Notes under the pieces: generated by a model
Seen by the model: the letters and a program-made list of their open reading frames with translations, nothing else
Told to the model about the DNA's origin: nothing
Database searches by the model: none
Made by a program: the position numbers and the translations under genes
Shown here: one piece after another, positions 9,692 through 17,130 of the stretch
Position numbering within the stretch: position 1 is the stretch's first letter
Layout: every line of letters starts with the position of its first letter
DNA from: Bacteroidota bacterium
Lineage (GTDB): Bacteria; Bacteroidota; Bacteroidia; B-17B0; Aurantibacillaceae
Length of the DNA: 64,000 nucleotides
NCBI GenBank assembly: GCA_021323535.1
Contig: JAJONO010000004.1
Location: 8,094 to 72,093 of the forward strand
Direction of reading: 5' to 3'

Positions 9692-10936
9692 ATGGAAAAG
9701 CTGGCGATCATAGGAACAGGAATTGCAGGAATGGGCTGTGCGCATCTGCTTCAGAAAAAATATGATCTTAGCATTTTTGAACAGAACGATTATGTAGGGG
9801 GCCACACCAATACCATTTCTGTTAAGGAAGACGATAAAGATGTTTTTATGGACACGGGATTTATGGTATTCAATTTTGAAACTTATCCCAATCTTTGTCA
9901 GCTCTTCGAAGAAATTAAAGCTCCCATTAAGAAAACAGGTATGTCGTTTAGCGTTCAACATGTTCCTACGGGATTAGAATACTGTGGCTCGGGACTGAAC
10001 GGATTATTTGCACAAAGGAAAAATATTTTCAGTGTGAAATATATCAGAATGCTAATGGACATTTCTAACTTCAACAAAATAAGCGTCGCTATCCTTGACG
10101 ATCCTCATTACAAAGATTATTCACTCAGAGATTATATTAAAGAATTTGGGTTTGGAGATGATATGCTCTGGAAATATCTTGTCCCAATGAGTTCGGCTGT
10201 GTGGAGTACGCCTATGGAAAAAATGCTGGATTTTCCCGTAGTAACCCTGATCCGTTTTTTTAAAAATCATGGCTTTCTTGGTTTGAATACACAACATCAG
10301 TGGTATACCTTACAGAATGGTTCACAAGCTTACAGGGAAATTCTGATCAAGCCCTTTAAGGATAGAATTTTTACAAACAAACAAGTCATTAAAGTAAAAA
10401 GAAACAATGGAAAAGTATCTGTTACCTGTAAAGATGGTAGCGCTCATGAATTCGATAAAGTCATTTTCGCATCTCACGCCGATCAGACTTTGACAATGTT
10501 AGAAGAACCAACATCAGAAGAACATCTACTACTTTCTCCTTTCAGATACGAGAAGAATAAAGCTACGGTTCACACTGATGAATCGGTGATGCCGAAAACA
10601 AAAAAAACATGGAGCAGTTGGAACTACAGGATTGAAGAGAGGAACGGAAAGCAGATCCCATCAACTATTTACTGGATGAATAGTTTACAAGGTGTTTCAG
10701 AGAAAAAAAATTATTTTGTATCCATCAATGCTTTAACCGGCACTATTGATCCAAAAAAAATAATAAGAGAGTTTGATTACGAACATCCTTTGTTTGATGT
10801 AGCTGCCATTAATGCCCAGGAAGAATTACATAAATTAAATCAATCGGGACCTTTGTATTTTTGCGGAAGCTATTTTAAATATGGATTTCATGAAGATGCT
10901 TATAAGAGTGCGGTAGATCTATGCTCCCGAATCTAA
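9692..10936 (+). CDS. FAD/NAD(P)-binding oxidoreductase (amine-oxidase-like)
   Basis: N-terminal Rossmann motif KLAIIGTGIAGMGCA...FEQNDYVGGH; start directly abuts the upstream stop. Confidence 0.85.
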   Translation: MEKLAIIGTGIAGMGCAHLLQKKYDLSIFEQNDYVGGHTNTISVKEDDKDVFMDTGFMVFNFETYPNLCQLFEEIKAPIKKTGMSFSVQHVPTGLEYCGSGLNGLFAQRKNIFSVKYIRMLMDISNFNKISVAILDDPHYKDYSLRDYIKEFGFGDDMLWKYLVPMSSAVWSTPMEKMLDFPVVTLIRFFKNHGFLGLNTQHQWYTLQNGSQAYREILIKPFKDRIFTNKQVIKVKRNNGKVSVTCKDGSAHEFDKVIFASHADQTLTMLEEPTSEEHLLLSPFRYEKNKATVHTDESVMPKTKKTWSSWNYRIEERNGKQIPSTIYWMNSLQGVSEKKNYFVSINALTGTIDPKKIIREFDYEHPLFDVAAINAQEELHKLNQSGPLYFCGSYFKYGFHEDAYKSAVDLCSRI

Positions 10937-11016
10937 CCGCAAAGACGCAAAGGTTTCGCAATAGACGCAACACATAGCGCCCAATGCGGATTTACTTGCG
11001 CCTTTGCGGTTTAAAC
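10934..11016. repeat. CGCAAAG-type word repeat forming a long imperfect hairpin; includes the stop codon of the FAD oxidoreductase gene
   Basis: TAACCGCAAAGACGCAAAG (10934-10952) is identical to 60608-60626. The far arm CTTGCGCCTTTGCGGTTTAAAC (10995-11016) is its imperfect reverse complement. Confidence 0.8.
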
Positions 11017-11029
11017 ATAAAAGAAACAA

Positions 11030-11824
11030 ATGAACTCATGTCTGTATAAAGCTAAAGTAATGCACAACCGTCTGGCTCCAAAGCCTCACAGGTTTCATTA
11101 CAATGTCTTTATGTTTTACATCGATCTTGATGAAATTGGCACTCTAAAGAAAAAACTGTTTCTATTTTCTCACAACAAATTCAACTTCTTTTCTTTTCGC
11201 GATTCCGAACATTTACAGTTTCCGATCGACAATCCCGATAAAACAAAAAGCACCAAAGAACATATTATCGATTATCTCAGGCAGAATAATTTCAATTATA
11301 CCAATGAGAAGATCATGTTACTCACCAACCTGAATATTCTTGGTTATAATTTCAATCCCGTTTCATTCTATTACATCTTCAATAAAAACAACGAAGTAGA
11401 ATGCGCCATTGCCGAAGTAAGTAATACCTTCAGGGAAATGAAGCCTTTCTTTATGGGTAAAGAATTGTTCAAGGATGCGAAATTCCACCTGAACACTACG
11501 AAGTATTTCTACGTTTCGCCTTTCATCGACCACGATACCAATTTCGACTTTAACCTTTTCGTCCCCGATGAAAAACTCAACATCCGCATTGATGATTATA
11601 AGAATGGCGAGCGTTTTTTCATCAGCACACTTACCGGCACCAAAAAACCATTAAGCAATAGAAATCTTGCCTGGTATAGCTTTCGTTTCCCTTTCCTTAC
11701 CTTGAGAATTATAGGCTTAATTCACTGGAACGCGCTACTATTATGGCTTAAGAAAATCCCATTTCATAAAAAGGGTGCTTTCCCTGAGCTCCAGAAAGAT
11801 GTACATCGTAAATACAAACTCTGA
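11030..11824 (+). CDS. DUF1365 family protein
   Basis: Characteristic N-terminus YKAKVMHNRLAPKPHRFHYNVFMFYIDLDE; sits in the usual position between the FAD oxidoreductase and a CFA synthase. Confidence 0.8.
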   Translation: MNSCLYKAKVMHNRLAPKPHRFHYNVFMFYIDLDEIGTLKKKLFLFSHNKFNFFSFRDSEHLQFPIDNPDKTKSTKEHIIDYLRQNNFNYTNEKIMLLTNLNILGYNFNPVSFYYIFNKNNEVECAIAEVSNTFREMKPFFMGKELFKDAKFHLNTTKYFYVSPFIDHDTNFDFNLFVPDEKLNIRIDDYKNGERFFISTLTGTKKPLSNRNLAWYSFRFPFLTLRIIGLIHWNALLLWLKKIPFHKKGAFPELQKDVHRKYKL

Positions 11825-11826
11825 TT

Positions 11827-11850
11827 AACCACATAGATTTCTATGTGGTT
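11827..11850. repeat. Perfect hairpin AACCACATAGA/TCTATGTGGTT (word-repeat family)
   Basis: 11-nt arms at 11827-11837 and 11840-11850, directly after the DUF1365 stop codon; no T-run follows. Confidence 0.75.
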
Positions 11851-11922
11851 TAAAACCGAAAAATATTTCTAAACCCGATCAAACTAAATAATCCAGAATT
11901 TCGTATATTAGTATTTAGCAAA

Positions 11923-13158
11923 ATGTCGTCCATTACCGCCATAGCAGCCAAGCCGGGTTTCTACCAGAAAGTGATCATTGATCTCTTATCCAAAATGAAA
12001 CTGGGAACACTCAATATTACTTTACCCAACGGCGAATTCATCAAATTAGGAAACGGCGAAGGAATTACCGCTAATGCCGAAATAAAAGATCCTGAATTTT
12101 TTAAACGTTGTGTTCTCTACGGCGATATCGGTTTTGGAGAGTCCTATGTAGATGGTCTCTGGAACACTGACAATATCACCAACGTTATCAAGTGGTTCAT
12201 ATTGAACATTGAAAACGCACCATCTGTTTCAGGAAGCAACGCAAAAAATCTTGTATTGAATCTTCTTAAAGTAGCCAACAAAGTCTATCACACCAAACGT
12301 GTTAACAGCGTAGAAGGCTCCAGGAAAAACATTTCGGAACATTACGATCTTAACAACGACTTTTTTTCTTTATTTCTCGATCGCACCATGACCTACTCTT
12401 CGGCGTATTTTAAAGAAGAGAATATGTCACTCGAACAGGCGCAATTGGCTAAATACGAACGCTTGTGCCGCCAGCTTCATTTAAAAGATTCTGATCATGT
12501 TTTAGAAATTGGCAGTGGCTGGGGTGGAAACGCTATTTATATGGCAAGAAATTATGGCTGTAAAGTCACCACGGTAACTATTTCCGAAGAACAATATAAA
12601 CTCGCGAAGGAAAAAGTTGAAAAAGAAAATCTCGCACATAAAGTTGAAGTTGTTTTAAAAGATTACCGTAAGCTCGAAGGACAATTTGATAAGATCGTCT
12701 CTATAGAAATGCTCGAGGCCGTTGGCGCTGAATTTTACGATACCTATTTTCGGAAATGTTCTGATCTCTTAAAACGCGAAGGTATTTTGGCCATACAGGT
12801 TATTACTTGTCCTGACTCACGTTTCGAAAGTTTAAAGAATGGTGTGGACTGGATCCAGAAACATATTTTCCCGGGCTCACTACTCCCTTCTGTTGCGGCG
12901 ATCAACGCGTCCATTAACAAAACCAGCGACATGACCTTAGTTGATCTGAAAGATATTGGTTTGCACTACGCTCATACGTTGAATATCTGGCACAAAGAAT
13001 TCAACACTAAATTATCAGAGGTAAAAAAATTGGGTTTCGACGATACCTTCATCCGTAAATGGAATTACTACCTTAATTACTGTGAAGCCGCTTTTGCTAT
13101 GCGCAACATTAATGTGATGCAGATGGTGTATGCAAGACCAAATAATACTTTGAGGTAA
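11923..13158 (+). CDS. Cyclopropane-fatty-acyl-phospholipid synthase family methyltransferase (paralogue 2, full length)
   Basis: VLEIGSGWGG SAM motif, IVSIEMLEAVG, and a conserved C-terminal YLNYCEAAF. Confidence 0.85.
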   Translation: MSSITAIAAKPGFYQKVIIDLLSKMKLGTLNITLPNGEFIKLGNGEGITANAEIKDPEFFKRCVLYGDIGFGESYVDGLWNTDNITNVIKWFILNIENAPSVSGSNAKNLVLNLLKVANKVYHTKRVNSVEGSRKNISEHYDLNNDFFSLFLDRTMTYSSAYFKEENMSLEQAQLAKYERLCRQLHLKDSDHVLEIGSGWGGNAIYMARNYGCKVTTVTISEEQYKLAKEKVEKENLAHKVEVVLKDYRKLEGQFDKIVSIEMLEAVGAEFYDTYFRKCSDLLKREGILAIQVITCPDSRFESLKNGVDWIQKHIFPGSLLPSVAAINASINKTSDMTLVDLKDIGLHYAHTLNIWHKEFNTKLSEVKKLGFDDTFIRKWNYYLNYCEAAFAMRNINVMQMVYARPNNTLR

Positions 13159-13162
13159 ACCA

Positions 13163-13846
13163 ATGCCTCTTCTCCCCGAAAATAAATTAATCTGGTCGCC
13201 CATTGTTGCTAATTCAAGAATGAATCGAGCCAGAAACTCTAGCGGCATCAACAGCTATGAGCAGGAACTGAAATTCAAACCCGAAGACTATCTCGAAGAA
13301 CTGATTAAGAAAACAGGAAAGGCTGCGTGGCTCGACATCTGTTGCGGCGAAGGAAAAGCGCTGATCCAGACCGCGCGCTATCTTTCAACGAAAAAATTAA
13401 CTAATAAATGTCATTTTCTTGGAATTGATCTTCTCGATACATTCCCCGAAGTTGACAAAGAAATTAGTTTTCTGAAATTTAAATCTGTTCCTGTCAACGA
13501 ATGGGTCCCTGATCAGAAATATGATCTCATCACCTGCATTCATGGACTTCATTACCTCGGCGATAAATTAAAAGCCATTGAGACTGTGGTAAGCGCCCTT
13601 ACACCCTCAGGATTATTTATTGCGAATCTCGATCTTAATAATATTCGTATCGATAAAAAAGACTCCTCCTCTATTTTAAAAAAGAGCTTTAAAGAAAATG
13701 GATTTGTATATAACCCGCGGCAAAAATTACTTCAGAAAAGAGGTACCGCGAATGTTCATTTTAGCTTAAACTATCTTGGAGCCGACGATGCGCATGGTCC
13801 GAACTACACCGGCCAGGATTCTGTAGCGTCTTACTATACCCAATAA
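13163..13846 (+). CDS. Class I SAM-dependent methyltransferase
   Basis: WLDICCGEGKAL glycine-rich SAM loop and DLITCIHGLHYL motif; 4-nt gap after the CFA synthase gene. Confidence 0.7.
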   Translation: MPLLPENKLIWSPIVANSRMNRARNSSGINSYEQELKFKPEDYLEELIKKTGKAAWLDICCGEGKALIQTARYLSTKKLTNKCHFLGIDLLDTFPEVDKEISFLKFKSVPVNEWVPDQKYDLITCIHGLHYLGDKLKAIETVVSALTPSGLFIANLDLNNIRIDKKDSSSILKKSFKENGFVYNPRQKLLQKRGTANVHFSLNYLGADDAHGPNYTGQDSVASYYTQ

Positions 13847-13877
13847 AAAGCACTATATTTAAAAGTACATTTACAGC

Positions 13878-14258
13878 TTGAAAAGATATTCCGGTATAAT
13901 CATTTTTCCCATATTAATTATTGCTATTTACATTATATTGTCTTCAAAAGGTTTTAAAACTGACTATGGTAAGATAATTTTTCATGCTGAATTTGACGGA
14001 ACCACCTCCGTTGACCGGCTCGATCTTTTTGATACTGGTAAGTTTATTTACGAAACCTCGGGCGGTGAAACCGACGGTGACTATTTAATTAAAGGTGACA
14101 GCATTTTTCTTAAAAGCATTGAAGAAAGAAACTTCTGCAACCTGTTCGTCAAAAAAAAGGATATACTAGAAGCCAATTTAATCAGGGGAAACGAAATTAT
14201 CCGTCATTCCGGAAATGATCTGCAGATCTATAATCGACAAAATAACCTGAATAACTAA
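13878..14258 (+). CDS. Hypothetical membrane-anchored protein (TTG start)
   Basis: 126-aa ORF with an N-terminal hydrophobic helix IIIFPILIIAIYIIL; no recognisable motif. Confidence 0.4.
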   Translation: MKRYSGIIIFPILIIAIYIILSSKGFKTDYGKIIFHAEFDGTTSVDRLDLFDTGKFIYETSGGETDGDYLIKGDSIFLKSIEERNFCNLFVKKKDILEANLIRGNEIIRHSGNDLQIYNRQNNLNN

Positions 14259-14272
14259 TTTATACAAACCTG

Positions 14273-14464
14273 ATGAAAGTCTTCGAATTATACTGGAAAG
14301 ACATTCACATTGGCTCTGTCAACGAAACCAATTGGGATATGAGAAGTTCCGGTGATATTATTTTTTACTAGGACTTCAGAAACAATTATACTCTTTTAGC
14401 GGAATTTATAGGAGATTCTATAAAAGCCAGTATTTATCTTGAAAACGGTGATGAAGAAAACTAA
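14273..14464 (+). pseudogene. Possible decayed small ORF with an in-frame TAG
   Basis: ATG at 14273, in-frame TAG at 14369-14371, and the frame continues to TAA at 14462-14464. An overlapping 51-codon ORF (14451-14606) lies in another frame. Confidence 0.3.
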
Positions 14465-14681
14465 CAATACCTGTGGCAACGATTGTAATTACGCTTATCC
14501 TAGCAATTACACAGCACATTGTATTGGCTGGGATGAAGAGATTGATAAAAAACACAGACCTTTACTGAAAATGAATCTGCAGGCCATGTTTGACTTTATG
14601 TTTTGATTAAGGTAGATTTAAAACTGCATTTTATTTTTTTAACTATTTCCTCATTTTTCAAAGATGTATTTTTAATCATCC

Positions 14682-15602
14682 GTGAAAAGAATTATCACAA
14701 TACTATTGATCCTGTTTTCCTCACAGATCTTCCCGCAATTATTCTCGGTAAGTAAAAAAAGTATTAACACCTATGCGCAACTGGGAAAAGACAGCGCTCA
14801 CGTTGAAGTCTATCATGTTCATCGTTATTCCGTCGTTCTAAAGAATGAAGATTTTCTATTATTCCACGACAAGTCCGACACGGTTTTCATCGGAGAACAA
14901 TACAGAGTTTTAAGAAAAGGCGGCGACTATTTTTTAGTTGACATGGAGAATCCTGGCACTAAAGAAAAATTAAATCCGGTTCCTCTCAGTTCGAATAGTC
15001 CGGAATTTTACCGTAAAGCAAATTACTATGGAATGAAAGCGAGGCAACTAAGAAGACTGCAGGATAGTCTTTCAGGTCCTCTCCGTTCGGCTCATATCTC
15101 CCTGCAACCCTTACACCAGTCCGGTCCAATTCTATACGCCGAGTATGTTCGTCATATAAACAGGATATCCGATTCGCTGAGTCCAAAGATCATCGAACTG
15201 AAAGACACAAGCGTTGAACGTTTTTATAACATTGATAAACTCACAGCGACTGACTCATCGAAAATATATAAGCTTCTTGCAACAGCAGATTATCGTTTTT
15301 ATTACGGACAATACATTCTCAACTCCATAGCCATTCAGCATCCCCAGCTTCTTGTCAGGTATATCGGTAAACATCCTTCCAATGAAAAAATTGTTTTGAA
15401 AACAATTCGCTGGCACCCGAATATGAAAGCAATGATAACGTCGGTAAAGGAAACTCCGATTCAGAGTAAAGAAAAAAAACGCATACTTAAACAGGAAAGA
15501 AAACATGTTGCAGGAAATGTGGCCGCAGGGGTAGCTTATATTGGAATCATTGTGGCAGAGATCGGACTCCTTGTGCTTCTTGTAAAGTGGCTTGCCAATT
15601 AA
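14682..15602 (+). CDS. Hypothetical protein with N-terminal signal and C-terminal TM anchor (GTG start)
   Basis: 306-aa ORF; N-terminal IITILLILFSSQIFPQ and C-terminal VAAGVAYIGIIVAEIGLLVLLV helix. Confidence 0.5.
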   Translation: MKRIITILLILFSSQIFPQLFSVSKKSINTYAQLGKDSAHVEVYHVHRYSVVLKNEDFLLFHDKSDTVFIGEQYRVLRKGGDYFLVDMENPGTKEKLNPVPLSSNSPEFYRKANYYGMKARQLRRLQDSLSGPLRSAHISLQPLHQSGPILYAEYVRHINRISDSLSPKIIELKDTSVERFYNIDKLTATDSSKIYKLLATADYRFYYGQYILNSIAIQHPQLLVRYIGKHPSNEKIVLKTIRWHPNMKAMITSVKETPIQSKEKKRILKQERKHVAGNVAAGVAYIGIIVAEIGLLVLLVKWLAN

Positions 15603-16933
15603 GTCTCCTTAAACCTGCTGAAAATAAAACCAGCCAGCAAACACAGTCCGCACCCGAGTAATCCATTCAGTCGAACACCAAAATCATTTCCGGGATCTTT
15701 TCCGTAAAGAAGGAACATGGAAAATAATGCCAGTCCTAAAGTCTGCGCCAGTTTCACAAAAAAATATCTCACGGCAAAATAAATTCCTTCTTTATTCTGT
15801 CCTGTTTCCTCACTGTCCTTATCAATTACATCGGCAAGAATGGCGTTAGGGAGAATATTTAATGAAGCAAGCGGTATTGCGGCCAGCGCGATCAGTGAAT
15901 ATATCTGAACCGCGGGCGACACAGGAAATTTACCTAGCATATAAATTCCAAAGAAAATTCCGGCCAATAAAAACTGGGAAATCAATACAACTTTTTTCTT
16001 TCCTATTTTATTCGCTGCCCAATTCGTAACCGGGTAAAACAAAAATGAGACTAACACCATTGTTATCATTAATGTATTTCCTATCTCTTCCTTTAAGCCT
16101 AATAAAACAGTGACGAAATACATCAATCCGGAAGTGATGAGCGTTACAGAAAGAAAATAAGAAAAATCAGCAACCACAAAAAGCAGGAAATTTTTATTCT
16201 TAAGAGTTTGTCCCAAAGCCTGCTTTAACGGAACAGAACTGGGAACCGAGGTGCTATATTTTTTTTCATCAATTGCTAAAACCGTGATAAGCATTAAAAT
16301 CGCCGCGAGAACACCAAATACGATAACTGCCACCTGCAAGGCATGTAGTTTGCTGGCCACTTCAAACTGTTGCTGGATAAATGCTGTAAGATTAAACGCG
16401 TTAGAGGCAACACCAATCCCTAAAACGTACCCGAGAGACTGAAATGTAGCAAGCCTGACTTTCTCGTTTGAAGTCTCTGTCATCTCAGGAAGCAAAGCAT
16501 TGTAAGGAATAATGTAAGTGGTAGTAGAAACGTAAAACCCTATGAGTGTAAAAATGAGCCAGTAAATATTGGAAACGCTTTCGGTTTCTTTTAAAGGATA
16601 AAATACCAGGAAACAAAATACCAGGGAAGGTAAAATCGCTAGTTTCATCAACGGAATTCTTCTCCCTTTCGGATTTTTTGAAGTGTCGCTGAATTGGGCA
16701 ATGAACGGATCGTAAAATGCATCAAATAATCTTCCTCCCGAAGTAATTAAACTTATTGCATTAAAAACCACAAAAATGGATGCCTGGGTAATCAGGTATG
16801 GAAAGCCGCTTGTAGCAGGCGGAGCGAATAAATAAATAAGAATAACACTGATCAGGTTGATCATAATGCTCCACCCCATCATGCCACAGGCATAGGCTAG
16901 TTGAATTCTTAAAGGAAGTTTTGATTGTGACAC
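15599..16933 (-). CDS. MFS-type transporter, glycoside-pentoside-hexuronide (MelB-like) symporter family
   Basis: About 12 predicted TM segments; RLFDAFYDPFIAQFSD and NPKGRRIP motifs typical of the GPH family; GTG start. Confidence 0.8.
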   Translation of the reverse strand: MSQSKLPLRIQLAYACGMMGWSIMINLISVILIYLFAPPATSGFPYLITQASIFVVFNAISLITSGGRLFDAFYDPFIAQFSDTSKNPKGRRIPLMKLAILPSLVFCFLVFYPLKETESVSNIYWLIFTLIGFYVSTTTYIIPYNALLPEMTETSNEKVRLATFQSLGYVLGIGVASNAFNLTAFIQQQFEVASKLHALQVAVIVFGVLAAILMLITVLAIDEKKYSTSVPSSVPLKQALGQTLKNKNFLLFVVADFSYFLSVTLITSGLMYFVTVLLGLKEEIGNTLMITMVLVSFLFYPVTNWAANKIGKKKVVLISQFLLAGIFFGIYMLGKFPVSPAVQIYSLIALAAIPLASLNILPNAILADVIDKDSEETGQNKEGIYFAVRYFFVKLAQTLGLALFSMFLLYGKDPGNDFGVRLNGLLGCGLCLLAGFIFSRFKET

Positions 16934-16939
16934 TTATAA

Positions 16940-16947
16940 CAAATATA
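16940..16947 (-). promoter_or_regulatory. Bacteroidota -7 box (TATATTTG) 6 nt upstream of the MFS transporter GTG start
   Basis: Minus strand reads TATATTTG-ttataa-GTG; matches TAnnTTTG. Confidence 0.45.
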
Positions 16948-16951
16948 AATG

Positions 16952-17130
16952 TTTAACCGCAAATAAGTTCTTAATATCACACAACAGGAACATTTACCAC
17001 AGAGACGCGGAGAAACAGAGGGGGATTTTCACCTTCGGGGAAAATAATAGTTCCTTTGCACTACTGTTCCCCACGGTTTAAACTTCTGCGTTTTCTGCTG
17101 CTTCTGCATTTTCTGCGAGAACCCAATAGG
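16952..17130. repeat. Composite CAGAGA / TTCTGCG word-repeat block
   Basis: TTTAACCGCAAATAA (16952-16966), CCACAGAGACGCGGAGAAACAGAGGGGG (16997-17024), and TTCTGCG/TTCTGCT/TTCTGCA/TTCTGCG words (17084-17117). Related to 29526-29557. Confidence 0.7.
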
